From Candidatus Latescibacterota bacterium (lineage in GTDB: Bacteria > Latescibacterota > UBA2968 > UBA8231): 64,000 bases of DNA. Every line of letters begins with the position of its first letter. The stretch's first letter is position 1. Below the pieces are notes generated by a model. The model was not told the DNA's origin. It saw only the letters and a program-made list of their open reading frames with translations, and did not search any database. Of this stretch, positions 1 through 9,956 are shown piece by piece. Both the position numbers and the translations under genes were made by a program. Where the stretch lies: NCBI GenBank assembly GCA_965223905.1, contig CBDCXV010000010.1, positions 1,024,001 through 1,088,000 of the forward strand. Reading direction: 5' to 3'.

Positions 1-135
1 AGTCATGGTTCTCCTTTACACGGGACAGGTCGCCCAACCAGCGTTGCCGGCCGCTTGCCCGTACCCTCGATAATGGGCTTTGTACAACCCACTCAACCCG
101 CTGCATACACTATCAAATCCCGCCTCAGAAGCCCG

Positions 136-1290
136 ATGAAAATCACCGATATCCGCACGCTCTCGCTCTCGCGCGCCCACGAGCCGGAACGCCAGTGGTA
201 CAGCGCCACCTTCCACGTGCCCAAGGCCGACTGCTCGATCTGCATCATCGAGACCGACGAGGGTTTGCAGGGAATCGCCGAGCCTTGCGCGTACGGAATG
301 CCGCCCGAAATCGCCGCTCGCATCGACGAACTCAAGCCCGGTCTCATCGGCCGCGACCCTCGCGGCGAGGACCTTACACCGCACAACGAAGCGGTGCGCG
401 CCAACGACATCGCCAACGCCGGCCTCAACTGCGCGCTGTGGGATTTGCGCGGCAAGATCGCCGGCAAACCGACCGCCGACCTGCTCTGCGCTCCCGGGCA
501 GGACCCCCTGCGCCGCCTCCGCCTCTACGCCTCCTCGGGCGTGCGCTACGACTGGGACGACCGCCCCGAGTCCGTGATCGAAGAGGCGATCGGCTACGCC
601 GAAGAGGGCTTCACCGCCTACAAGATGCGCCTCGGCACCCACTGGGCCTGGTCGGGCGTCACTGTCGACCGCTTCCTGAAAATAGCGCGCCAGGTTCACG
701 AGGCCGTGGGTGCGCGCATGGACCTGGCCCTCGACGGCAACTGCCGCCTCTCGATGGAGGAGGCGCTGCCCATCGCCGAGGTTCTCGACGGGATGGGCTG
801 GGCCTGGTTCGAAGAGCCGGTCGAACGCGTGCCCGCGGACTACGCCCGGCTAAACGAGGCCGTCTCCATCCCCATCACCGGCGGCGAACCTTTTACCACC
901 TGGGAGCAGTTCGAGCCGTTCATGGAGGCGGGGGGCTTCGGCATCGTCCAGCCCGACGCCGGCGTCTGCGGCATCGACCTCTGCATGGAGGTCGGCGGCA
1001 AGGCTTACTTCGACTACGGCGGCATACCCCTGATTCCGCACAACTGGCACAACGGCCTGATGACGATGGCCAACGCCCACATGGTCGCGGCGCTGCCCGA
1101 TCCGCGCCTGGTCGAGCTGAACATGAAGCAGGGTCCCCTGCAGTGGAAGATCCTGCGCGAGAAACCGCCGATCGAAGACGGCCATCTGGTTCTGCCCGAC
1201 GCCCCGGGCTTCGGCGTCGAACTGGCCGACGATCTCGAGGCGCGCTTTCCGTACATCGAAGGCTCCTGGGGCGATCCCGTAGAACGCTGA
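136..1290 (+). CDS. Mandelate racemase/muconate lactonizing (enolase superfamily) enzyme
   Basis: MKITDI start, ETDEGLQGIAE, ALWDLRGK, KMR (KxK-like), DGN, WFEEP, GGE, QPDAG, PDAPGFGVE motifs. Confidence 0.9.
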   Translation: MKITDIRTLSLSRAHEPERQWYSATFHVPKADCSICIIETDEGLQGIAEPCAYGMPPEIAARIDELKPGLIGRDPRGEDLTPHNEAVRANDIANAGLNCALWDLRGKIAGKPTADLLCAPGQDPLRRLRLYASSGVRYDWDDRPESVIEEAIGYAEEGFTAYKMRLGTHWAWSGVTVDRFLKIARQVHEAVGARMDLALDGNCRLSMEEALPIAEVLDGMGWAWFEEPVERVPADYARLNEAVSIPITGGEPFTTWEQFEPFMEAGGFGIVQPDAGVCGIDLCMEVGGKAYFDYGGIPLIPHNWHNGLMTMANAHMVAALPDPRLVELNMKQGPLQWKILREKPPIEDGHLVLPDAPGFGVELADDLEARFPYIEGSWGDPVER

Positions 1291-1296
1291 GGACTC

Positions 1297-2142
1297 ATGG
1301 TCACCGACCTCGAAAACTATCTCTTCGACCTGCGCGGCTACCTGCACCTGGAGGGAGCGCTGACCGGCGGCGAGGTCAAGGATCTCAACGACTGCCTCGA
1401 CGCCATCCCGCCCCTGGAGCCGGGCGACTGGTACGGCCACGTCCACGCCCATTCCTATCGCACGGTCGACGGCCTCAACCTGCAGCAGATCTACGAGGCG
1501 GGCGAACCCTTCGAGCGCATGATCGACCATCCCGCCTGGATAGAGAAAGTGAAGTGCTTCGTCGGCGGCGAGGGCACCTTCGACTACGCGCACGGGCCGC
1601 TGTTCATCGACGAAAACTTTGCCAACTTCCGCCAGCCCGGGGAGGCCATCGGCCTGCACTCCGGCGGCTACCCGCCCAACATGCGCAACCAGTTCCGCTA
1701 CCACGGCGGACGCTACATGTGCGGCCAGATCAACATCCTCGTGGCGCTCACCGACATCGGCCCGGGGGACGGCGGCACCATGCTGATCCCCGGCAGCCAC
1801 AAGTCCAACTTCTCGCATCCCCACCTGGACCGGCACCGCATGCGGCCCGAAGGCGCCACGGTCGAGGGCATCGCCGGTGCCATCGAGTGCCACATGGCCA
1901 AGGGCGACGCCCTGCTCTTCGTCGACGGCCTCTCGCACGGCTCCGCCCGGCGCGCGAACGAGGGCACCCGCCGGATCTTCGTCTATCGCTACGGGCCCTC
2001 CTGGGGAAACTTCCGCCACGGCTACCATCCTTCGGACGAGCTGCTGGCGCGCCTGACGCCCGATCGGCGGCAGATCGTCTGGCCGCAGAAGCCCCGTCCT
2101 GAAGGACCGCAGAAAAAAGCCGGCAAGCAGGTTCCACAATAG
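1297..2142 (+). CDS. Phytanoyl-CoA dioxygenase (PhyH) family protein
   Basis: YLFDLRGYL, LHSGG, ALTDIGPGDGGTMLIPGSHK, GDALLF..LSHGS motifs. Confidence 0.85.
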   Translation: MVTDLENYLFDLRGYLHLEGALTGGEVKDLNDCLDAIPPLEPGDWYGHVHAHSYRTVDGLNLQQIYEAGEPFERMIDHPAWIEKVKCFVGGEGTFDYAHGPLFIDENFANFRQPGEAIGLHSGGYPPNMRNQFRYHGGRYMCGQINILVALTDIGPGDGGTMLIPGSHKSNFSHPHLDRHRMRPEGATVEGIAGAIECHMAKGDALLFVDGLSHGSARRANEGTRRIFVYRYGPSWGNFRHGYHPSDELLARLTPDRRQIVWPQKPRPEGPQKKAGKQVPQ

Positions 2143-2290
2143 CATCATTTTCGCCGACTCCTTCGGCCGCAGGCGGGCCGCCATCGTTCCGGCGCAGTCC
2201 TTACCCGGGTGCGACTTCGCCGCCGAAGGCGGTGAGTCCTGCGACCCGCTGTGGTTCCGTTCTGACCTGATTCGTGCGTTTTCAGGCTGG

Positions 2291-2325
2291 TGAACCTTTT
2301 GCCGCCGGACTGCGCCCTGTTAGAT
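2291..2325 (+). promoter_or_regulatory. Putative ECF-type autoregulatory promoter
   Basis: TGAACC -35-like box about 50 bp upstream of the ECF gene; -10 not well defined. Confidence 0.35.
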
Positions 2326-2342
2326 GAAGCTCGACAGGCCCG

Positions 2343-3761
2343 ATGGAATCCCTCAGCGATCAGACTCTTTCCCGGCTGGTCCGGAGCGGCGACATGGAAG
2401 CCTTCGCCGCACTGATCCGGCGCTACGAACGATCCCTGGGTGCGCTGATCCGCGATCGCCTGGGGCCATGCGACGCGGTCGAGGACGTGCTCCAGGAGAC
2501 GCTCATGCATGCATGGGCGGGACTGCGGGTTCAAGAGCCGCGGAACGCGCGCGCCTGGCTCTACCAGGTAGCGCGCAACCGCTGCAGCGACTACCTGCGT
2601 TCCACCCAACGGCGGGAGCGCGTCGTCGAGTCCGAGGAGCTCACGATGAGGGCAAACCGCCTGGGGGTGGCCGAGGCGCGCCAGCGCCGGTCCGCGGAGG
2701 ACGTGATCGAAGCGTTCGAGGTCGTGCCCGAAAAGGAACGGCGAGCGCTGATAGCGTTCTACCTGGACGGACTAAGCATTGCGGAGATAGCCGCCCGCCA
2801 TCGCTGTCCGCCCGGAACGGTCAAGCGGCGGCTGTCCCACGGCCGCGACCGGGTGCGCAGAGAATTGGGCATCAACAAGACGAGGAGGGGCACTGCAATG
2901 AGCGTCTACGACAGGGAAGCCGCGAAGCGGCCGTTTCCGGAGCGTCGTCCGGAGATCACGGTCTCCAGGAGCACGGGGCAACCGTTCACCATCGACCTTC
3001 GCGAGATGGCATGGTGGTTCATCGTTCCCGAAATCGGTGACCGTGTGCGGTGGGGGGAGTACGAGCAGACCCGCGACGGTTCGGTGCCGAAGTTGACCGA
3101 GGCTGTCTCGATGGCAGCCCGGCGCCCGGCCATCGTCCACGGACGGGAGTGCGTGGAGATCGAGGTCCACGAGCAGTGGTATCCCGACCGGTCCGGGCTC
3201 GTTCCGAACCAGCATGCGCCGGAGGAGGATGAGTCCCGCACCAGGGTCTGGGGCCGGCTGGACGATGCCGAGGTGCAGTGGGTGGCCGTCGAGTCTGCCC
3301 GGAGGGACGACGGCACGAGTGAGCTCCGGACCTTCCTCGACGAAGGCTGGGAGGATGACTTTGCGGCGTCCCCTCGGCTTGTCGAGGACAAGGGCTGCCT
3401 GACCGAGCGGCCGGACGGAACGATTGATCGGAGAACGAACGCTCCGCAGATATTCTCCCACGGCCTGTTCGACGTCCGCATCGGCGGCCGGGAGTTCGAG
3501 TGCATGCGCGTCTTCGACATCGAGACGGATTCATCCGATTCGGAGGTAATCGTCGTGGCGTACATCAGCCGTGAGGACCGCACCGTCCTGTTCCGGAGGT
3601 ACAACGGCAACCGCTGGGGCAAGCGGGACAAGCCGCCCCATAATTGGGGTGCCGCAATGACATGGGAAGAGGACCTGCCGCACGCCCACCGGCTGGTGAT
3701 CGACGGCGTGACGTACGTGCACCAGTGGGACTACCTGAGGGACGAGGCCTGCGGCCTGTGA
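2343..3761 (+). CDS. ECF sigma factor with ~290-aa C-terminal extension
   Basis: Region 2 (EDVLQETL, AWLYQVARN) and region 4 (GLSIAEIA..GTVKRRLSHGR) in the first ~180 aa. Confidence 0.85.
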   Translation: MESLSDQTLSRLVRSGDMEAFAALIRRYERSLGALIRDRLGPCDAVEDVLQETLMHAWAGLRVQEPRNARAWLYQVARNRCSDYLRSTQRRERVVESEELTMRANRLGVAEARQRRSAEDVIEAFEVVPEKERRALIAFYLDGLSIAEIAARHRCPPGTVKRRLSHGRDRVRRELGINKTRRGTAMSVYDREAAKRPFPERRPEITVSRSTGQPFTIDLREMAWWFIVPEIGDRVRWGEYEQTRDGSVPKLTEAVSMAARRPAIVHGRECVEIEVHEQWYPDRSGLVPNQHAPEEDESRTRVWGRLDDAEVQWVAVESARRDDGTSELRTFLDEGWEDDFAASPRLVEDKGCLTERPDGTIDRRTNAPQIFSHGLFDVRIGGREFECMRVFDIETDSSDSEVIVVAYISREDRTVLFRRYNGNRWGKRDKPPHNWGAAMTWEEDLPHAHRLVIDGVTYVHQWDYLRDEACGL

Positions 3762-3767
3762 CGCCCG

Positions 3768-4568
3768 ATGAACCTCGCTGCACTCACCGGACCAAAGGCG
3801 TTCGGCAGAGCATATCGACGCATGCTCGAAAACGACGCTCATGCCCCGGGGAGCGTCGATCGCGAGCTTTTTGGGAGCATGACAAGACTCTGCGGTGAAA
3901 CTGTGTCCTACCTGTACGGCAGTTTCACAAACCATTCTGTCGGCTATGCACCAGGATCTCGCCCGGACTTGGAGCGCTTCCTTGCCGAGGCTGAATCGTC
4001 GGGAGACGATCCGGTGGATCGGGTCGCCGCCATAGCCGGGCTCACGCGTGGATTGTCTGAGAAGAAGCCGGGCGGCGGACTGTCGGAGATGAGCTTTGGA
4101 GGAACGGAAGAACAGATCATCGAGCGGGGCTCCGATTGGTGCGCGGACGTGGCCCGGGTGGCGTGTGTTCTCTATCAGGTTTCCGGCTTTCCGTGTCGCA
4201 TGGTGTATCTGTTCAATCTCGACGCCGCCTACAGTGGGCACGTGATCGTCGAGGTCCATCGTTCCGGGAAGTGGGGTGCGGTCGACACGAGCTCGGGCGT
4301 TGTCTATCAAAAAGAGGATGGGGTTCCCGCGAGCACCTGGGAGCTCATGAACGATGCCCATCTGGTGAAGCGGCACGCAGGTCCGGAAGCGTGGTATACG
4401 AACCCCGAGCAGTTCATGGCGGCGGGTATTGCCAACTACAACGCGAGCGATTCCGATCTGTATGATTACGAGGTGACTGGATTGAACGACTACACGCGTG
4501 CCGTACTGTCCATGGCCGACCGGGGATGGCCGGGGGGCCTTCGCTGGCTGCACGGCGAACTCAGATAG
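3768..4568 (+). CDS. Transglutaminase-like domain protein
   Basis: Cys-His-Asp triad motifs: DWCADVAR, GHVIVEV, WGAVDT. Confidence 0.75.
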   Translation: MNLAALTGPKAFGRAYRRMLENDAHAPGSVDRELFGSMTRLCGETVSYLYGSFTNHSVGYAPGSRPDLERFLAEAESSGDDPVDRVAAIAGLTRGLSEKKPGGGLSEMSFGGTEEQIIERGSDWCADVARVACVLYQVSGFPCRMVYLFNLDAAYSGHVIVEVHRSGKWGAVDTSSGVVYQKEDGVPASTWELMNDAHLVKRHAGPEAWYTNPEQFMAAGIANYNASDSDLYDYEVTGLNDYTRAVLSMADRGWPGGLRWLHGELR

Positions 4569-4572
4569 GGGC

Positions 4573-5112
4573 ATGTTACCGAGCACATGGTCGGAGGGGC
4601 AGATCGTCATACGGGCGGTCGAGGCAGCGCATACACCGGCGCTGCATGCGGCGTTTCTGGAATGTTCGGACGCCGCCGCGGTCGATCCCACGTTTTCCGA
4701 GGTGCCCGAGAGCGAGATCCGCGAGCTGGTGGAGCGCTCGGCAGCGGCCGAGTCGCAGGAGCGCGGCATCCGCATGCGGAGCATCCACGTCGGTCCGGCC
4801 GGCGAGCTGGCCGGCTATTTCCACCTTACCGAAGACGTTCCCTCCGCGGGGGATGTCTGGCTCTCGATCCTCGCTATCCGGCCGCGATTCCGGCGCAGCG
4901 GCGTCGGCAGGGCAACCATCGAAAGCCTCAAGAGGGTGCTGTCCGCCGAGGGCTTCCGCTTCGCCCTGGGGCGCGTCTATATGGCCAACGTCCCGGCCTT
5001 GCGGTTCTGGGCTCGCCTGGGGTTCACCGAGATCGTTTCCCATCGGGGGGACTACGTCGGCTTCGAGTTGGAAAAACCCTGTATTGTCCTGCGGGCATCG
5101 CTCGACCAGTAG
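4573..5112 (+). CDS. GNAT family acetyltransferase
   Basis: LAIRPRFRRSGVGR acetyl-CoA motif A; NVPALRFWARLGF motif B. Confidence 0.85.
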   Translation: MLPSTWSEGQIVIRAVEAAHTPALHAAFLECSDAAAVDPTFSEVPESEIRELVERSAAAESQERGIRMRSIHVGPAGELAGYFHLTEDVPSAGDVWLSILAIRPRFRRSGVGRATIESLKRVLSAEGFRFALGRVYMANVPALRFWARLGFTEIVSHRGDYVGFELEKPCIVLRASLDQ

Positions 5113-5124
5113 GCGATCCCGCAC

Positions 5125-6248
5125 GGGGCGCGCGCCACTCAGACGATTCCCCAGCTCACCCGCCCCAGCTCGCGCGAACGCTCCCCCTCGTACGCCGGAT
5201 CGATGTCGAACTCGCGATCAAGCCACAGCACCCCGTTGCCCGGGACTCAGCGAATCGAGGGCAGGTGATCCCGCCGTTCCGGCTCTGGTGGGCTATCCGG
5301 GTAGACGCTGGGGGGCGCGATGGCGGAACGGGGGCGTTCAGGCCCGTCTGCGAACCGGCTGCAGGGTTGCCTGCCGTGGGGTTTTCCGGGTCCTCTTTGG
5401 CTCTTTGTGGGGACACGGTGTCGAGCTGGTCTCGGGGCAACCGAGCGAAGGAGGGCACGGGAAAGGTCTGCGTGAGGACCCGGTGCCTCAGTTCGTGCCA
5501 GCGCCCGCACTTGAAGGCGGCGCGCAAATGCATCAGGTCGGCGACGGTTTCGGTGGCCCAGAACGTGCTGGGGGCTTTGAAGCGCAGGTTGATGACCCGG
5601 CGGATGGCGCTCTCCACAGGCCCCGATCCCACCGGCACCTTCCGACGAGTCAGCTTGACGTAGGCCATGCGATGCGTGGTGTCGTTCGAAGTAGTCGATG
5701 GCCGTGTTCATCTTCCGACCCCGCCGGCCGCGCGCTTCGGCTTGGAGGGCTTCGATGACCTTGTGGACGCCGTCCGCATCGCGACGCAGCACGTGACGCA
5801 GCCTTTCGTACTGCTGCCGGCGCTCCGAGGCGTTGCGATCCCGACCCAACTCGATGGCGTCGTGCAGGTGCTCGCTGGCGTGGTAGAAGTCGACCCCCTC
5901 GACCCAGCGCCGGGTGGGGATCTCGGCTTCCTGACGGATCTGGTCGCTGCGCTCCCAGATCCACTCCGCGCCGTCGGCGATGAACACCCCCCTCTGGGCG
6001 TGGGCGGCGCCCAGCAGGCGCAGATAGCCGATGATCAGCGCCCTGGTCGCCTCGGCATCCTCCAGCAGGGTGTCGTACAGAGGCCGCCGTAGCGGGTCGG
6101 CCTGGCCGTTGCGGTCGAGCACGTCGATCAACAGCACGCGCGGTTCCCGCCAGGGCGTGTCGAACCGGTGGCGTCCCTTCTTCGTCCTGCGACCCGGGCG
6201 CGGCGACCGGGTGCGCACCCGCCCTCCGTCGATGCTGACCCGGCGCAG
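5125..6248 (-). pseudogene. ISKra4/ISLre2-like transposase remnant, 5'-truncated and frameshifted near 5670
   Basis: FIADGAEWIW, VDFYHASEHL (ORF 5247..6218) and GSGPVESAIRRVINLRFK (ORF 5156..5668) lie in different frames. Confidence 0.75.
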
Positions 6249-7211
6249 GAGATCAAGGCCCTACGGGCCTATTTGCGGCACCGAGAGCGCCTGGTGGAGT
6301 ATGCCGCCGCCCACATTCAGCATATGCAAAAAGCGCTGATGCAAATGAACATTCAGGTGCACCACGTCCTATCCGACATCACCGGTGCGACCGGGATGGC
6401 CATTCTTCGTGCCCTCGTGGCCGGGAATCACGACCCGAAAAAGGTGGCCCTGTTTCGCGATGTCCGCTGCAAGGCTTCCGCCGAGACCGTCCAGGCAGCG
6501 CTGACGGGTCACTACCGACCGGAACATCTGTTTGCTCTGCGCCAGGCCCTTGAGCGGTACGACAGCTACCAGGCGAAGGTGAAAGAGTGTGATCACGCCA
6601 TCGAGGCTGCCTTACTCGCTCTCCATCAAGACACTGGAGAAGAAGAGTTGCCTCCTGCTCGACATAAGACGCGTCAGGCGAACGAGCCCAACTTCAATGT
6701 GAGAGCAGCCTTGTTTGGCGTGCTGGGCACCGACTTGACCCAGCTGCATGGATTCGGACCCAACACCGCACTCAAGCTCGTGGGTGAGTGTGGCACGGAT
6801 ATGACCCGGTGGCCCACGGCCAAGCATTTCACCTCATGGCTCACCTTGTCACCCGGAAGTAAGAAATCTGGGGGCAAGGTCCTCAGCTCCAAAACCTGCC
6901 CGTCATCAAGCCGCGCGGCCAAAATACTCCGCCTGGCTGCGGTCAATGTGGGCAAGACGAGTACTGCTCTTGGGGCGTTTTATCGCCGATTGGCATCTCG
7001 AATCGGTGAAGCCAAGGCGGTAACCGCGACAGCACGTAAACTGGCCGTACTCTATTACAACGCGCTACGATACGGCATGGCGTACCAGGACCCTGGGGTT
7101 TCGTACTACGAGGAACAGTATCGCCAACGTGTGATCAAGGGGCTCCGCAGACGCGCCAAACAGATGGGATATGAGCTCTCTCAGGTCCACGCTACAGAGG
7201 GAGTTTCTTAG
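6249..7211 (+). pseudogene. IS110 family transposase, N-terminal RuvC-like part missing
   Basis: IQHMQKALMQMNIQ..SDITGATG, GTDMTRWPTAKHFTSWLTLSPG, KAVTATARKLA, ends GVS*; lower GC than flanks. Confidence 0.85.
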
Positions 7212-8322
7212 GAAAGCCTCCGAGATCCTGGGGATCCCCCTGAACCGGCCCGCCAACGGCGACGACGCATGAGCGCGGCAGTCGAACAGTTGGCGGGTAC
7301 CGTCGGGGTAGTCCCGGCGTGCCGCGCCCTGGGGGTGGCCCGCGCTTCGGTCTATCGGCACCGCACCCCCCCGCGGCCACGCCGGGACGCGGCGCGGCGC
7401 CGTTCGCCTCGCGCCTTGGCCCCGGAAGAGCGCGCCCAAGTGCTGGCTACCCTGCACGAAGACCGTTTCGTCGACCAAGCCCCGGCCGCCGTATACGCGA
7501 ATCTCCTGGAGGAAGGACGCTACCTGTGCTCCCAACGCACGATGTATCGTCTGCTTCACGGCGCCGGCGAGGTGCGGGAACGCCGTCGCCAGCGCCGCCA
7601 CCCTCGGGCCGAACCGCCACGGCTGGTGGCCAGGGCCCCCAACCAGGTCTGGACGTGGGACATCACCCGTCTGGCGGGTCCGCGTAAATGGGGGACGTAT
7701 CCGCTCTACGTGGTGCTCGACCTGTTTTCCCGCTACGTCGTCGCCTGGATGGTGGCCACCCGGGAAAGCGCCGGCGGCGCACAGCGCCTGATCCAGGCCG
7801 CCTGCCGCAAGCAAGCCATCGAGCCGGGGCAGCTGACCCTGCACCAGGACCGGGGCGCGCCGATGACGGCCAAGACCTTCTCGCAGCTGCTGGTCGATCT
7901 CGAGATCCTGGCCAGCTACAGCCGGCCGCGAACCGCCGACGACAACCCCTATTCGGAAAGCCAGTTCAAAACCGTCAAATACGCGCCGACGTACCCGGGC
8001 CGCTTTGCCGACCCGGAGCAGGCGCGAACCTATTTGCGCTCGTTCTTTCTGTGGTACAACACCCAGCATCGCCATAGTGGACTGGGACTGCTGACCCCGG
8101 AAGCAGTACATCAGGGGCGCGCCGAGGAGTTCCAGGCTGCGCGTCAACGCATCCTCGAGGATGCCTGCACACGACATCCCGAACGCTTTGTAAAGGGTCC
8201 TCCTGAGGCGCCGAAAATACCGGCCGAAGTGTGGATCAACCCACCTCCGAAAACCGTCGAATGTGCACGGATAAGACAGTAAACTTTCACGCGAAGTGTC
8301 TCATTTACATTGACACGTTCCG
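7212..8322 (+). mobile_element. IS3-family element, orfA truncated by the IS110 junction; orfB transposase 7269..8282
   Basis: orfA tail KASEILGIPL..., orfB DDE core WTWDIT / HQDRG / DNPYSESQFKT; terminal tgtctcatttacattgacacgttccg. Confidence 0.85.
7269..8282 (+). CDS. IS3-family transposase (rve integrase core)
   Basis: PNQVWTWDIT, LDLFSRYVVAW, WYNTQHRHSGLG. Confidence 0.9.
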   Translation: MSAAVEQLAGTVGVVPACRALGVARASVYRHRTPPRPRRDAARRRSPRALAPEERAQVLATLHEDRFVDQAPAAVYANLLEEGRYLCSQRTMYRLLHGAGEVRERRRQRRHPRAEPPRLVARAPNQVWTWDITRLAGPRKWGTYPLYVVLDLFSRYVVAWMVATRESAGGAQRLIQAACRKQAIEPGQLTLHQDRGAPMTAKTFSQLLVDLEILASYSRPRTADDNPYSESQFKTVKYAPTYPGRFADPEQARTYLRSFFLWYNTQHRHSGLGLLTPEAVHQGRAEEFQAARQRILEDACTRHPERFVKGPPEAPKIPAEVWINPPPKTVECARIRQ

Positions 8323-8376
8323 TTTGCCTTGCCCACGCGGTTCCATGTCCCTTGGTCCCCTGACTCTGTTCGCCGG

Positions 8377-8781
8377 CTAATGCCGCTTCCCCCCGTGATG
8401 CCGGCCCGCACCGCGTCTCACCATCCGCTTGTGCCGTTCGAGGTGGCGCCTGAGCCGCCGCCGCTGATCCTCCGTCAGCAGCGGCTCCAACGCGGACTTT
8501 ACTGAATCGAGCTGCGCCCGCCGCTCCTGGTTCCTGGCGATCCGGTTGGCCCGCATGCGCTCGTCGATGCGGCGCAGGACGGCGGCTATTTCCGCGCGCC
8601 GGGTCTCGTCGATCGGGGCGATGGCCCGGCGGATGCCGGCGGTGAAGTGGGCGGGCCGCGCCAGGCTCAGGGCGTCGCGGAAGCGATGGCGCTGGTAGGC
8701 GCCGAATCCCAGCGCCCCCAGCACCATTCCGATCACGAGGGTGGCGATGAGGATGGCGGCGCTCCTGGTTCCGGAGGACAC
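8377..8781 (-). CDS. Membrane-anchored periplasmic helical protein (Spy/CpxP-like)
   Basis: N-terminal TM helix, LLTEDQRRRL motif; third gene of an ECF/anti-sigma operon. Confidence 0.6.
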   Translation of the reverse strand: MSSGTRSAAILIATLVIGMVLGALGFGAYQRHRFRDALSLARPAHFTAGIRRAIAPIDETRRAEIAAVLRRIDERMRANRIARNQERRAQLDSVKSALEPLLTEDQRRRLRRHLERHKRMVRRGAGRHHGGKRH

Positions 8782-8784
8782 GGC

Positions 8785-9204
8785 TCACATCTCCATGATT
8801 TCGGCGGTTTCCACCGAAACCGGCGGCACGGCGAAGGTGATCTCGAGGAAGGAGGACCCGTCGGACATCAGGTCGCGGTCGCGCCAGTTCAGGACCGCCA
8901 GGAAAACAGCCGCGGCAAGGGTGACCGGGACCAGGGGGCGGAAGGCGCGCATCAGGGCGTCGGCGAAGCTGCCCGCCTCGCTGCGCTCGCCGCGGAGGCG
9001 CGCCATGACGCGGGTGGAGAAGAACGGGTCGAAGCTCTCGGCCCGCGTCTCGGAAACCAGGTCCCCGACTTGGCGCATCCGCTCCCACTCGGCCCGGAAG
9101 ATTTCGTCCGACGACAACAGGGCCTCGAAACGCGCCTTCCCGGTTTCATCGAGCTCGCCACCGAGGGCGAGCGCCAGCAGGCGTTCGCGTTCACTCTTCT
9201 TCAT
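8785..9204 (-). CDS. Putative transmembrane anti-sigma factor
   Basis: Overlaps the ECF stop; LGGELD..., FSTRVMARL, single TM helix. Confidence 0.7.
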   Translation of the reverse strand: MKKSERERLLALALGGELDETGKARFEALLSSDEIFRAEWERMRQVGDLVSETRAESFDPFFSTRVMARLRGERSEAGSFADALMRAFRPLVPVTLAAAVFLAVLNWRDRDLMSDGSSFLEITFAVPPVSVETAEIMEM

Positions 9205-9766
9205 GGTCCAATCTCCGCTGCAAAATCCGCTTCAAGTTCGCCATGCCGCGCGACAGGCGCGACAGCACGGTTCCTTCGGGTATGTTCAGGGCCTCCGCGG
9301 TCTCCCGGGTCGAGTACTCCTGGATCATGCGCAGCACCACGACGGCGCGATGACCCGGGTTGAGCTGTTGCAGCGCCCTCTGCACTTCCGCCCTGGTGTC
9401 GGCCCGGTCCCGGAGCGCCGCTCCGTCCGTCGACGGGGCGGGAGCCGGGTCTTCGTCGCTGTCCAGGCTCCAGAATCGCCACCGGGACCGCTGCCGGCTC
9501 TTCGAGGCGTTGAGCGAAAGGTTGATGGCGATCCGGGTAAGATAGGTGCCGAGGGCGGACTCGCCGCGGAAGCGGCCGAGAGCGGCGTGAAAACGGATGA
9601 ACGTCTCCTGGCCCACGTCTTCGGCGTCCGGCCCCGGTCCCAGCATGCCGACCGCGGTCGCGGCGACCAGCGATTCGTAGCGCTCGACCAACATGCGAAA
9701 GGCCTCGTCGTCGCCGTCGCGTGCACGCCTCGTCAGCTCGAGGTCAGACGGCAGTCCCACACCCAT
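9191..9766 (-). CDS. ECF sigma-70 factor (SigW/RpoE-like)
   Basis: DAEDVGQETF, FRGESALGTYLTRIAIN, PEGTVLSRLSRG; GGAAT..GTCCAA immediately upstream suggests a leaderless autoregulated promoter. Confidence 0.9.
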   Translation of the reverse strand: MGVGLPSDLELTRRARDGDDEAFRMLVERYESLVAATAVGMLGPGPDAEDVGQETFIRFHAALGRFRGESALGTYLTRIAINLSLNASKSRQRSRWRFWSLDSDEDPAPAPSTDGAALRDRADTRAEVQRALQQLNPGHRAVVVLRMIQEYSTRETAEALNIPEGTVLSRLSRGMANLKRILQRRLDHEEE

Positions 9767-9956
9767 TGGACAACCGCAGTTCCCGCTTCATTCCGTTTTT
9801 TTTCGTTGGGTGGCAAGTGTCCGGTAATTCAACGGCTTAGGGGGCAATTCCGTGTCCGAAACGCCCGGGCGGTGAAGGAAGGGAGATGGAATTTCGGCCC
9901 CCTCCCCGGCGTGCGGAAGATCACCGGAGGACCTGCCAAGGCCCCGCACCGGACCA

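Noticed and set aside
1-17. Start of a divergent gene (RBS aaaggag, ATG at 6 on the minus strand)
   Set aside because: Only two codons lie inside the window; the product cannot be assigned.
6249-7211. Active IS110 bridge-RNA system
   Set aside because: The catalytic N-terminus and left non-coding end are deleted.
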